Positions 10,001-20,101 of a DNA stretch of 64,000 bases are shown one piece after another. The notes beneath the pieces are model-generated. The model was not told the DNA's origin. It saw nothing but the letters and a program-made list of their open reading frames with translations, and did not search any database. The first letter of the stretch is position 1; every line of letters begins with the position of its first letter. The DNA lies in IMG/VR virus record IMGVR_UViG_3300032236_001613, positions 264,069 to 328,068 of that record, one strand, 5' to 3'. Made by a program: the position numbers and the translations under genes.

Positions 10001-13000
10001 TTGTAAGTACGATTGTCGCCTTTGAAACTTTCTGTTACTCTTTGATTGCTGATTTCGTTATTAACAGTAATTCTATCAAATTTTAATCCAATAGTATTAG
10101 TTCTTACTTTTCCGTTAGCCATTCTTGCATACGCAGTTGCTGGAACTAACAAGGTCGACCCTCCGCCGAGGATAACAATACTTGGTGTTTTAGTATAACC
10201 ACTACCAGAATTAGTAATTTTTATTGAAGTAACTTTTCCTAAAGATATTAAAGCTTCAGCAGTAGCACCAGAACCTGTGTCACCGGGTGCAGTAATAATT
10301 TCAACTGTAGGTACAGATGTATACCCGCTACCATGAGAAGATACTACAGCACTTTCGACAAATAATTTATAATTATCATACCATGATTTCCATGGATATG
10401 TGCTTAGTAATGCATCGCCTTCGACTACTGATATAAAAGAGTTAGAGCCTTTATCGTAGTAACTAGGAGAATCGAAGTCAGTAATATACGAATTAGTAGA
10501 TTCTACAACATCGTAATTAACTTGATAATTTCTTATTTTTGTATGATAAGGTTTAACTTCCTTTATATAATTCTCGTAGTATTCACTATTTTGGAATTTA
10601 TAAACATGTCGCTGATCTAAACTGCCTGCTAAGTTCTTAACATTAATAAAGGTAGTTTTAAACGCCCAATCTAAGAATTTTTGTTCACTGAGAGCATACT
10701 TAACTGCTTTGAAGAAGAAATAATTCCAGTAAATCTTAAGAGACCCTACAAATATATCGTCTTTGAGAGCTGTTAAAATATTTAAAAGTGGTCTTTCTGG
10801 GGTTTGATCGTATAAAGTTTGATCATAGGTGTAATGGTAATCAAAATTATACCAATTATCCTTAGTATTCCATAAACTACTACTTAACTGTATTGTTCCT
10901 TTTTCGCTTAGTACTAAATCGTAATCGTTATCGTAGGTTCCATTACCATTGACTCTTTGTAAAATAATGTATCTACCATTACCTTGATTGAGAACTTTTA
11001 CATAATCACCTAAACTTACTGTAACTGTTTCTAGTGCGTACGGTTCAGGAACTGTAATTAGCGGCTTCAAAGGATCGTAGTTAGTGCTAGTCCAATCAAC
11101 ATACGACCAATATTGTGTGGTGTCATAATCTTGTGTATGTCTTTTAATCCATTTTTTATTAGATAGCTCGTACTTGGCCCACAAATTATTACTATTAATA
11201 TCAGATTCTACAATAACTGTATAAGGTCTTACTAAAAGAGTAGGTGCTACTGTAAACACACTACCAGGATTTTCAATTTCAACAGAAATAATTTCCCCAT
11301 TTTGATTTATTAATGTTTTAATACTTGCATTTGAAACTAAATCATTATTTCCTGGAATTATTTCTACGTTTGGCCCGGCCCACGAAATTGCATTTCCGTA
11401 AATATCTAGCCCGACTGGTAATAATGCACCAAACCCGTACCCTGGATTATCAATATTAATTGATGTTATCTTTCCATTAGTAATCGAGCATGATAAGGCA
11501 GCATCTTTTTTATCTACAACAACTAAACTTGTTAAACTATCGTAATCAGATAGTAATAAATCATATTCTCTAGAATAGACATCTGGAATTTCTTCTTTAG
11601 AATTTAAATTTCTAAAATTAGCTGAATAAGAAATTAAATATTTTGAAAATACTCCGTTAACATATTCAATAGCATTTCTTAATGCTTCAGTTCTATTAAC
11701 AAACATACCCTGTTTTGGTCTAATTTCTATACCATACTTTTGTCTATCGCTCAAAGATGGGTCAGGAATTAAATTTCCAAGACTATCTACTCCTACTAAA
11801 CTATCAATTAGTTTCTTATTAAGCATAGTTGTAGGCATACTATTAGCATCGCCTTCGCTTAATAACATCCATTCTGTATGTTTATTGATAGAACGATTAT
11901 AGTAATCTTTTGAAATATTCAGATAGATATTATTAGAAACTAAATCATTCTTTATATTAGTTACTGATAAAGAATTCGACGAAAGTATTGATAAAAATTT
12001 ATTACCGATGCTTGACGGATTAAAAATTATGCTAGCTACATCGCTTGCTGATATTTTTCTTCCTAACAAGTTTGGAACAATAACAGTATTCTTAACCCAA
12101 TAGAAATAAACATCTGTAGTTACTCCAGTTTCGGCATTATAATATTGTTTAACACTTATAATACTATTGTCTGGATACTTAGGTTGACCACTTACTCCTC
12201 GGTATAATCCTTCTGTAGTATCAGCTAAAGAACTCCATTGGCTAGGAAGATATTCAGTTTTAACCCATTCATATACATCAATGCTTGCCCCTGGGAATAT
12301 GGATCCCCATGCGTTCTTTCTATATTCTATTTCGCCCTGTTCGTACCAAACATACTTAACAGTACTTAGATCCCACCATAATTCGCCCACATGGTCTTCA
12401 ATCCAGCTAGTGTTAGTGTCTACTACTACTCCCTGGTTTCCGATGCTATATACCGCAGGATCAAAAGCTGTTTTGTATCTAATTTCTTGATCCGCAATTC
12501 CGATTATTTTTCCTTTAACTGGATCAATAATATCAATATAATCTACAATTTTTTCCGAGAAACTATCAATAGTGATTGCTCTCTTAATTTTATCAAGATC
12601 CACTAGTTCATCTTGATATCTATGAACACTCCAGTTATTTGATGTTAAATCTAATTTATCAAATTCATAAACCACACCGTAGTTTGGTGTAGTTGTTGGA
12701 GCTCCGACAAAAATACTTCCATTTGTTATAGCTAAACTATGTCCATATCCGGACCCACTAACCAATGAAGCAGTATCTTGAAATTCATTTGCTAGTATAA
12801 AATTAACATTCTTTCTCTCATAAGAATATACACTACCAGAATTTACAATATACTCGATAAACTCTGTAGTTTCATTGTCAAACAATGTTAATCCATTATC
12901 AAATGTTGTTGTTAGAGCTTGCTTACCAATAGTTGATACCAATAATAAATCACCGTGAGTATTAGTTTTAACAGTTGATCCAAAATACATATCAGTATCA

Positions 13001-16000
13001 TCGGTAGGATTGAAAATATAATCTGTTAAATTATATTGTGTTCCATTCCACATATATACAAATACTATTCCGGGACTATGAGTTAGATCTTTAGCAGTTA
13101 TAGATGAAGCAAAAAGATAAACTCCATTGTCAGACATTGCAATACTTTGACCAAATTTGTCATTAACAGTACATAAACTAGGGGCATTGATTGTTTGCAG
13201 TAATGTATCAGCAGAATATACATAAACTGTCGAATTGTCCGCATAAGCAATCGCTGTTCTGTCACCTGCAATATTTCCTACTATTTGATAATCTGTGCTA
13301 GTTGATGAACTAATTGATAAACTATAACTTGGAATAATAGTTGCAGTTAATGTTGCAGTTGTTGAGACGTTAATGATATCTAACAATAAATCATAAGCAT
13401 ACACTGTACCGGTACCTGGGGCCCCGACTAATAATGTTTTATTTCCGTTAACTGCCTGCTGCGAAAGATAGATAGTGCTGCCGTATCTAGCATTCGAACC
13501 AGGATAAACTTCATTATCTAAAATAAAGGTTCCATCTATACTGTTTATTTGAATTAGATTGGCTGATGGAGCTCCGGCTACAATTACGCTGTAATCCATG
13601 TCATAAGATACTGAATACCCAAAGTTAGTTACTGTAGAACTAAGTGTACTATTAACTGTTATAAGCCCTATAGGAGTTAAATTTTGTGTTTTGACTCCGT
13701 TATAGGCAAACACTGCTCCATAACCTGTTGCTGGAGTATAATATCCTGGAGCACCTATTATTAATACATCAGCAGTTTCTCTTGATGCAAGACTTTGCCC
13801 AAATAGCTGATGTATATGCTGATACCCATTAAAGATTTCTTTTAATTTTGAATAATTATTCTGTTTTTTATATACAGTCCACTTATCGCTAATTCCATCG
13901 CCATTGTCTGCCCAAATAGTATCACCGAATTTAAATTTGATCTTTTCTTGTAAATCTCTGATAGTATCAAAAGAATTAACTCGGACACTTTCGAATTTAA
14001 AGAGTAAAGCTACTGTTGTTGGTAGCGAAGCTGATGTTAAAGTAGTAGAGACACTAAAACTACTTAAAGACGGTATTCTGGTTATCTCATAAATCCCATC
14101 AGTTTCATTATCTAACCCATAAACAGAAACTATATCTCCAACAGATAAATTATGCTTATGACTTGTTGTAAAAGTTAACTCCGATGATGGCAATGTTACT
14201 GAAGAGCTTAGTACTCGAGTGTTTTGTACAGTATACCTATAGACATCCCAACTACCATTATCTTTAAACCCAAGCCAGAATGTATCACCTTCGTTCAAAC
14301 TACCTATATTGGCAATATCAAATAAACTTGTTTTATTATAGATTGTTGAAGTTACATCATCTAATCTTACATATCCAGCAACTGGTAATATAATATTATT
14401 GTTTCTATAAGTAGAAGAAGTAGTGGTTTCAAAAACCATTTCGCTATTATAATTTTGACTCTTAATACTTAGATCACTAGGAGTAATATAAGAATTAATG
14501 TCGTCAGGAACGGCAGGAGCAGTGTCAACAAACTTCACAATTTGACTATTTTCTCTAAAATCAGATTCTCTTAATGGAAATTCGATCTCATTATAAGAAT
14601 TAAAATTACCATATGATCCGATTCTAAATGCCCATTCTTCTGTAAACTCAATCTGTCCCTGAAGATTGTGCATGCTAGCTTTAGCCAATTTTTGTATCGA
14701 ATTTGCTGTGCCTTTCTCCTTAATAAATCCTTGATAGAATTTATATTGAGCAATAGGATCAACAAAGATATTTGTTAAGTAAAGACGAGGAGTATACCCA
14801 GTTAAATGCTGAGCCATCTTTTGTTGGCTTTGATCAAAGTTATCAATGTCTAAGCTATAAAAATCTTCAAATTGATTTATTTTGTATTCAAAGTTTGGAA
14901 GAAGCTGAGCTACAGGAGCGGATCCTAATAATGACCATTGAGTGTAATCAAAATTTAAAGATCCGATAATATTTTGAGTAGCTGAATAATATTTTCCATA
15001 GTACTTAACTATGTCGCCTACTGAATAATCAGTATAATTTGTCCAGTCACTAATTATTGCTTCATCATATATAAATCCAGGACTTAAAAAATCACCATTC
15101 CAGTCACTGGTAATAAATCCAGCAAGTTTCATTCTGCTTTGTCTATATCCTGTTTTAATATCGTACACAATATCACCGAACATACTTTTGTTATTCATAA
15201 CAATAACATGTTCTTTTTGTATAAGATTTAATCTAGCAAAATAAATTCCTTCCGGTGAATTAAATGATTTAATAGTGCAAACTTGATTTTCTCTACTAAG
15301 AGTAAAATTCTTTATAGGGTACGGCGATCCGTCAGATTTTAACAATGAGTAATCATAAAAACTGTCAAGTACATTATCGACTACAGCATCGGTAAATTGA
15401 TATTCAATTGTATCCGCAAAAGGACTTAATGTAATGACAGAACCTGCTGCCCATCCTTGAGTGGTCCAATATAAAAATTCTTTACCACTGAATTTCCAAT
15501 CAATAACTGCTCCTAAATCTGAGTTAAACTGATTAAAAATAAATCCTTGATTAGTTAACCATTGCCCATACCCAACAATAAGATCATAAACTTCTTGTAA
15601 AGTTTTATATTGAGTACCGTACGGCACTGAAGTTACTTCGGAATTAAAATCTAAAGTAGAGAGTACTGTAGCTCCGCCAACTGTTGGTAATCTCGATAAC
15701 TTAATATAATTTGATGTATTAAAACTAGTGCCAGAGTTAGCACTGTTTACTACAGTATAAAATACTCCTGAATATTTTACAATTTGTCCTGATTGATAAT
15801 ATGTATTTTCTGTCCATGTTAGATAAGCTGAGGATTTTCCACCAACGTTAACAACACTATCATTATTTCTATGTCTAGGAGCGTTGATATTAAAGAAAGC
15901 ATTTTGTCTATCGTATCCTTTAACAGTAAAATACCCATCACCTTTTTCAATTATTATTCCAGATATTGAAACAGATTTAATAGGATTACTAGTGTTAAAC

Positions 16001-19000
16001 AATAATGTATAATCTTCATTAGGTAGAAGTACACCAGGATTTATAGAAGCTGGGTTAACCGAATCAATTATAATTTCTAATTTATCTTTACTTAAAAATC
16101 CTCCAGCTTTATAACTTAAATTAAAGTTTACTGTAGACAGATCCTGTTTAAGTTCAGATAGATACTTTTTATTTCTCTTTAATCCATTTTCGATTACCCA
16201 AACACTGTAACCAGAGGAAGGAACAGATGATCCTAAATTGTCAATATCAGAATACAACATAACAGTAGCTGGATCAAGGAATAACTTATCGCTGCCGTAT
16301 CTATATTGGCCAGTTGCATTTTTAGACAATCTTATAGGATCAAACATTTTAGCAGCATAATCTGCTGGTTTAGCAAGAGCACAAATTATTTGTACTGCGA
16401 AAGGCCACAGACTGCTACGTCTCCAAGCAGTTTCAACCGGACCGTGATCGCCGTAGACCCAATCGGCATCAGGCGACGGTATGTATCCGTTTTGAGCGAT
16501 TCCTGCCCACTCTCTAACATCAACTACATTACCGCTAGCATCAACAGGAATTACTTGACTTAGCCCCAGACGAATATAAACTGGATCTATTCCTGCTCGA
16601 TCTCCTTGTCTAATTAAGCCTGCTTCGAGATCTTGCCATAAGTTTAAATTTCCTGCGGTGTAAGGAGCCGGCCCATATTCTGATTCCCACCATGATGGTT
16701 TAACACTAAATCCGAGCATTTCCCAAGGATGAGTATTTGGACGGTCAGTATCGAAATAATACTTATAGATACCTCTCCAGTTTCCAGCAGGAAGACTATC
16801 TGCAAAGGTATAATCATATGCTTGCTTAAAGTTATAAGTTTTATGATTATTAACATTATAGTATAAATTTTTTGTAAAATCTAGACCGTAAATAGAACTC
16901 CATTGAGTAAAATCACCTTGAACTAACTTATAAATTTCACTATAAGAATATTCTGATTTTCTAAATACCGAAGGTAGAATTTTATTAATATTAAAAATTT
17001 CTGGATTATAGTTTGCTTTTATGTTGTTGTAAACACGTTTCTCAAATTCAAGCAATGCAATATCTCTATAATCATAATTTCCTTGATCTGCATCCTTTAC
17101 TAATGTATATGCTACAGTTAAACTTCCGTCGTGTCCTTGTATTATCATTACAGGATCGTTAGCATAACTATAATCTTTATATATCTCAGGAACATACTTA
17201 GGATATAATCCTAATTTAGTAGGTGTCGGCGGTACATATGATCCTATTGTTGAAAAATAATCAACAATAGTGATTACATCTTGCACATTTAAAGTAGTAA
17301 TAATTTTTACATTAGGGTTAACAGTATCAAATGTATAATCTCTTCCATATATTAATTGAGTACCGTTAAGATATATTAGTATAGATCTATTCGATGGAGC
17401 TGTAATATCAAATATACTTGTAAGAGGGTAGATAACATTGCGAGAATCAGTCACTGTGTAGGATTTTGAAGTTGAATTGTTACCAAACCCAATCATATCG
17501 CTTTGACTATAAGGAAATGAAGAATTTTTACTGTAGTTTATTAAGTTGATTGCCTGATCTAAAATTTGATCTGTAGTAAGACTCATATCAATCTGAGAGA
17601 TCGAATCAATAAGTTTTAACTTAAATCCATAGTAATCATTAGCTGATGCACGAGTTGCATTAATTAAACTATTTTTTACATCAGTTATAAAAAGTTGAGC
17701 AAAAGATAAAGGATTATTATTGGTAATTAATCTTGTTCCGTATTTTGAAATATCTGGAAGACTCTTTAAATTACTTACACCAGGAAAATAACCAACGAAA
17801 TTAGGTTCTCTCTGCACCATTGTTTGCACATGATCTGAGATTTCACTTAATGTAAACTGATTTATCTCACCGTTTAGTGGATTGTTTGTTAAATTCAATG
17901 GTGTCTCGTAAACCCCTGTACTGTTAGGTGCAGCACTTGAATAGCAATTTAACAATAGATTAGTTGTTGTGCTAAAAGATTTATTAAGTTTTACATTTAA
18001 AACATTTTGCGTTGATGTAAAAACATAATCAGTTGATTCAATTAATTTTATATTATTAGCAAATACTGATACAGTAAGATCACTAATTAATCCGCTGTTA
18101 TCGTAAACTGTTATTGGTACAATAGTAGTATTTGTATCTAAAACTTGGAACTGCTGTACTGCAAGTTTATAAGATTCTCCTTTGACCCATATATTAACAA
18201 GTGCATTATTCTGTTTTAAGTAAGTACTTGATGTCGGAACTGCTGTTACCTGGTTCGTGCTTAATAAAGAGATTGTATCACTACTAAAAAAGTTTTGAAA
18301 CAAGTAAGATCCTTCAACTCCTACATTCATATAGCTTAAAGGAAATCCTAGTACAGGATCGTTTGCACCAGTACCTATTACATAACCAAATAGCTTATTT
18401 CCATTAAAAATAGAATCATAATAATTTTTATTACTATAGCTGTTGCCATCGGCATCAAACAAATCAAAAAGAGGAGCTTGATTTAACTTAGTTCGTTGTT
18501 GAGCTAATACCCATTCCAATCCATTAAACCACAACTCAGTGCCTTGACCTAATGTTCCAGTCGTTATTACAGTAGTGTTTCCAAAAACAGGTTCAACAGA
18601 TTCAACAAGATTTATTTTATAAAATCCGTTGATTGAACTAAATGTAACTTCGAATACTTTTGATTTTACTAAAGGATCTTTATCAGCAGTAAAAATTATT
18701 TTTTGACCCGCAGAAAGTGCAACACCGTCAACAGTATACGAACTCGAGCCTTCGATAGTCTGAAAAACATTGGTAGTTGTTCGATCGATTAAATCGACCG
18801 TCGAAATACTGTTATTTCCAAAATTATATAGTTGTAAATCAGCTTCGAACTCAACGATCGGTCGGCTAGCTCTCATATTAATTGGTAAAACTGGTACAAC
18901 ACCATTTGCTGCGGCTGATACATTAACTACATCAATATGAAACCATCTGTTATATCTAGACCATGGATTTAAATCTCGGCTAGCACGATTAATTGTAACA

Positions 19001-20088
19001 TACTCAGGAGTTAACGGAAGATTTTTAAAATTATCAAACGGATAATCATCAAAAGGAGTTGCATCAAAATCGGCATCATACTGTGTTGCTAAATTTTCAG
19101 GAGTTTGCAATAAATTAAAGTCAATTAACTTAATTGCACTACCTACTCCTTCGACTATAAACTCTTTATTTTGATAATATGACGGTGAAACATTACCTGC
19201 AAATACAATTTTTAATCCATTAATAAATTCTATTCCAGCAGAAGTTTTGTACTGAGCTTTACCAACAATGTCTTCGTCAACATTAATGGATGAATTTTCA
19301 GTAATAACTTTTACTAAGATTGTTCCAGGAACAACTAACCCATCGTCGGAAGTATAATAAATGACACTCGGAACAGTTTCATTAACTGTAAAAATAATCT
19401 GACCGTTACTAACACCTGCTCCGGTTAATGAGCCTAGATTATTTGGTTCGTTATTTGTTTTAATATAAAAATTATGTTTAGAGTTAATATTGAAAACATA
19501 TGTAACTCCTCTATAAAAAGTTAAGATTGGATCTTCGGTTACACCATCTGGAGTAAAAATAAAATAACTGCCATCGGCAGAATCTGTCACAGTATATGTG
19601 CTTACTGTATTTCTTTGTGTGCCGGTAACTGTTATTGAATCTGGACCTAATGGTAACCAATAATACTCTCTAAAATTAACAAACTTATCCCAATCAATAT
19701 GCGGATTGTAGCTATTAACATCAGGCGATAGTAATCTATTATAATCATTTACCGTTGACCCGTAATAACCTAATTGATTGACGAGATCATCGAATCCAAA
19801 TGCGTTCTTAATCGTACCTTCGGTATCGGCTAAAGTTAAAGACGGTTGAAATGGATACTTATTTCGTAATTCCGAAGCATTAATAGTTGAATTTGATATG
19901 TATACATCTGAATTTGAATTATAGTTAGGAGTTAATTTACTTCCAACGAATCCGTTGATTCTTGTTAGCGAGGGTGTTTTATATAATTGGTCAAGAGTAC
20001 TAGATAAAAACTTATTATTTTTTTCAGTTTGAAAATAAGTTGGTAATAGGTTTATTGATTTTCTAGTGTTTTTTGATGATTTATCCAT
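7066..20088 (-). CDS. Giant multidomain baseplate/virion structural protein (4340 aa)
   Basis: 13-kb uninterrupted ORF downstream of the gp6-like gene. Contains FG-GAP-like repeats, two W-x5-Y-x2-G-x-IVKY-x-G-x2-Y modules, GSGYT..P.V.I virion repeats and LNG..L..G.DY repeats. Confidence 0.75.
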   Translation of the reverse strand: MDKSSKNTRKSINLLPTYFQTEKNNKFLSSTLDQLYKTPSLTRINGFVGSKLTPNYNSNSDVYISNSTINASELRNKYPFQPSLTLADTEGTIKNAFGFDDLVNQLGYYGSTVNDYNRLLSPDVNSYNPHIDWDKFVNFREYYWLPLGPDSITVTGTQRNTVSTYTVTDSADGSYFIFTPDGVTEDPILTFYRGVTYVFNINSKHNFYIKTNNEPNNLGSLTGAGVSNGQIIFTVNETVPSVIYYTSDDGLVVPGTILVKVITENSSINVDEDIVGKAQYKTSAGIEFINGLKIVFAGNVSPSYYQNKEFIVEGVGSAIKLIDFNLLQTPENLATQYDADFDATPFDDYPFDNFKNLPLTPEYVTINRASRDLNPWSRYNRWFHIDVVNVSAAANGVVPVLPINMRASRPIVEFEADLQLYNFGNNSISTVDLIDRTTTNVFQTIEGSSSYTVDGVALSAGQKIIFTADKDPLVKSKVFEVTFSSINGFYKINLVESVEPVFGNTTVITTGTLGQGTELWFNGLEWVLAQQRTKLNQAPLFDLFDADGNSYSNKNYYDSIFNGNKLFGYVIGTGANDPVLGFPLSYMNVGVEGSYLFQNFFSSDTISLLSTNQVTAVPTSSTYLKQNNALVNIWVKGESYKLAVQQFQVLDTNTTIVPITVYDNSGLISDLTVSVFANNIKLIESTDYVFTSTQNVLNVKLNKSFSTTTNLLLNCYSSAAPNSTGVYETPLNLTNNPLNGEINQFTLSEISDHVQTMVQREPNFVGYFPGVSNLKSLPDISKYGTRLITNNNPLSFAQLFITDVKNSLINATRASANDYYGFKLKLIDSISQIDMSLTTDQILDQAINLINYSKNSSFPYSQSDMIGFGNNSTSKSYTVTDSRNVIYPLTSIFDITAPSNRSILIYLNGTQLIYGRDYTFDTVNPNVKIITTLNVQDVITIVDYFSTIGSYVPPTPTKLGLYPKYVPEIYKDYSYANDPVMIIQGHDGSLTVAYTLVKDADQGNYDYRDIALLEFEKRVYNNIKANYNPEIFNINKILPSVFRKSEYSYSEIYKLVQGDFTQWSSIYGLDFTKNLYYNVNNHKTYNFKQAYDYTFADSLPAGNWRGIYKYYFDTDRPNTHPWEMLGFSVKPSWWESEYGPAPYTAGNLNLWQDLEAGLIRQGDRAGIDPVYIRLGLSQVIPVDASGNVVDVREWAGIAQNGYIPSPDADWVYGDHGPVETAWRRSSLWPFAVQIICALAKPADYAAKMFDPIRLSKNATGQYRYGSDKLFLDPATVMLYSDIDNLGSSVPSSGYSVWVIENGLKRNKKYLSELKQDLSTVNFNLSYKAGGFLSKDKLEIIIDSVNPASINPGVLLPNEDYTLLFNTSNPIKSVSISGIIIEKGDGYFTVKGYDRQNAFFNINAPRHRNNDSVVNVGGKSSAYLTWTENTYYQSGQIVKYSGVFYTVVNSANSGTSFNTSNYIKLSRLPTVGGATVLSTLDFNSEVTSVPYGTQYKTLQEVYDLIVGYGQWLTNQGFIFNQFNSDLGAVIDWKFSGKEFLYWTTQGWAAGSVITLSPFADTIEYQFTDAVVDNVLDSFYDYSLLKSDGSPYPIKNFTLSRENQVCTIKSFNSPEGIYFARLNLIQKEHVIVMNNKSMFGDIVYDIKTGYRQSRMKLAGFITSDWNGDFLSPGFIYDEAIISDWTNYTDYSVGDIVKYYGKYYSATQNIIGSLNFDYTQWSLLGSAPVAQLLPNFEYKINQFEDFYSLDIDNFDQSQQKMAQHLTGYTPRLYLTNIFVDPIAQYKFYQGFIKEKGTANSIQKLAKASMHNLQGQIEFTEEWAFRIGSYGNFNSYNEIEFPLRESDFRENSQIVKFVDTAPAVPDDINSYITPSDLSIKSQNYNSEMVFETTTSSTYRNNNIILPVAGYVRLDDVTSTIYNKTSLFDIANIGSLNEGDTFWLGFKDNGSWDVYRYTVQNTRVLSSSVTLPSSELTFTTSHKHNLSVGDIVSVYGLDNETDGIYEITRIPSLSSFSVSTTLTSASLPTTVALLFKFESVRVNSFDTIRDLQEKIKFKFGDTIWADNGDGISDKWTVYKKQNNYSKLKEIFNGYQHIHQLFGQSLASRETADVLIIGAPGYYTPATGYGAVFAYNGVKTQNLTPIGLITVNSTLSSTVTNFGYSVSYDMDYSVIVAGAPSANLIQINSIDGTFILDNEVYPGSNARYGSTIYLSQQAVNGNKTLLVGAPGTGTVYAYDLLLDIINVSTTATLTATIIPSYSLSISSSTSTDYQIVGNIAGDRTAIAYADNSTVYVYSADTLLQTINAPSLCTVNDKFGQSIAMSDNGVYLFASSITAKDLTHSPGIVFVYMWNGTQYNLTDYIFNPTDDTDMYFGSTVKTNTHGDLLLVSTIGKQALTTTFDNGLTLFDNETTEFIEYIVNSGSVYSYERKNVNFILANEFQDTASLVSGSGYGHSLAITNGSIFVGAPTTTPNYGVVYEFDKLDLTSNNWSVHRYQDELVDLDKIKRAITIDSFSEKIVDYIDIIDPVKGKIIGIADQEIRYKTAFDPAVYSIGNQGVVVDTNTSWIEDHVGELWWDLSTVKYVWYEQGEIEYRKNAWGSIFPGASIDVYEWVKTEYLPSQWSSLADTTEGLYRGVSGQPKYPDNSIISVKQYYNAETGVTTDVYFYWVKNTVIVPNLLGRKISASDVASIIFNPSSIGNKFLSILSSNSLSVTNIKNDLVSNNIYLNISKDYYNRSINKHTEWMLLSEGDANSMPTTMLNKKLIDSLVGVDSLGNLIPDPSLSDRQKYGIEIRPKQGMFVNRTEALRNAIEYVNGVFSKYLISYSANFRNLNSKEEIPDVYSREYDLLLSDYDSLTSLVVVDKKDAALSCSITNGKITSINIDNPGYGFGALLPVGLDIYGNAISWAGPNVEIIPGNNDLVSNASIKTLINQNGEIISVEIENPGSVFTVAPTLLVRPYTVIVESDINSNNLWAKYELSNKKWIKRHTQDYDTTQYWSYVDWTSTNYDPLKPLITVPEPYALETVTVSLGDYVKVLNQGNGRYIILQRVNGNGTYDNDYDLVLSEKGTIQLSSSLWNTKDNWYNFDYHYTYDQTLYDQTPERPLLNILTALKDDIFVGSLKIYWNYFFFKAVKYALSEQKFLDWAFKTTFINVKNLAGSLDQRHVYKFQNSEYYENYIKEVKPYHTKIRNYQVNYDVVESTNSYITDFDSPSYYDKGSNSFISVVEGDALLSTYPWKSWYDNYKLFVESAVVSSHGSGYTSVPTVEIITAPGDTGSGATAEALISLGKVTSIKITNSGSGYTKTPSIVILGGGSTLLVPATAYARMANGKVRTNTIGLKFDRITVNNEISNQRVTESFKGDNRTYNFPLSWAAENKKANIEVTLYNTTSTGHRILATEYSIDTYKKVVNGYHKLFSNIVLNSIPSTGTTLVISYNKNIELFHAVDRIQNYYSPTVGMPGNDLAQLMSGVEFPGSQIQGLEFDYTTNWDMAPFGKSLYGDDSNFYTTATVITTAATGTDTLVVNTLQGITAGLRVTTVALTTLTTNNNKFLSSNVVVTGINTLSNSVIFSTSTADQIISNTVRLEFWEYNTTPGVLDTILDGGNLSYTTAAGVNPSDTIIDADKFVSIYTSYAPEEQIKGEMYESVGISVYTRAESGSPMITQSVIQINQTVTNTIVALPMLPPNTASTMVYYNDTVLTYGRDYTIDFINQDVIVNPQPITGILGVSVIGVGGYQFNYYDYANGSNVTALSVHVGTINEIGSIYATLNGRRLSTTEYTLSRGRLYVSNLALGNYTLQAWSFTSGGNKFSTVNEQTFVGDGVTTSYLLTIYPGKHGSANSQAIVEINNRRLMSPSTVYYSVSAGETAFLIDPANNYPPGTFDLAHLEVYVNGIKLRNGIDFVLDQDSNQILFKPGFLQTGDAMAITNHTFSDYYFANGYVYIKPTANYQVNDLLKVIDFTDGDTSLIREETYLSRPSGKYPLTRKLLNSRYIWVTIGNSPLINTVDFYLDDTGTMVVLREDYPYIPNQLVSIMSMSDNTIEKNSVGYRVFTDLLGRNQFKRISKGNTTYLAETLYSTSTKIVVQDGSVLAEPNLAKKIPGAVLIDGEWIEYLTINGNELSDLRRGSLGTGPKDAYLVGTAVIDQSYKQNAPYQETFVKQKLTATNAISYVINGTLLTTATAADQLLVYYGGKLLRKAGIYKQNTDISYDSGDINLLGTTSTTSTLVLTKFVNDAYLVTSTNQVWVYTNSKLTNAVNGYIYSGLDYYPEEFTISGIVSNGSISTATLTLNLPNIKTGTEIMLVQRLAINNMYRNTGTSVLNDNSLFSTFLQDNPSTFPDKYYYGQF
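7085..7090 (-). promoter_or_regulatory. Putative late promoter TAAATA, 5 nt before the ATG at 7079
   Basis: Minus strand reads GATAAATATTACTATG; matches the core of the T4 gp55 promoter TATAAATA. Confidence 0.6.
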
Positions 20089-20101
20089 TATTCATTAATC
20101 C

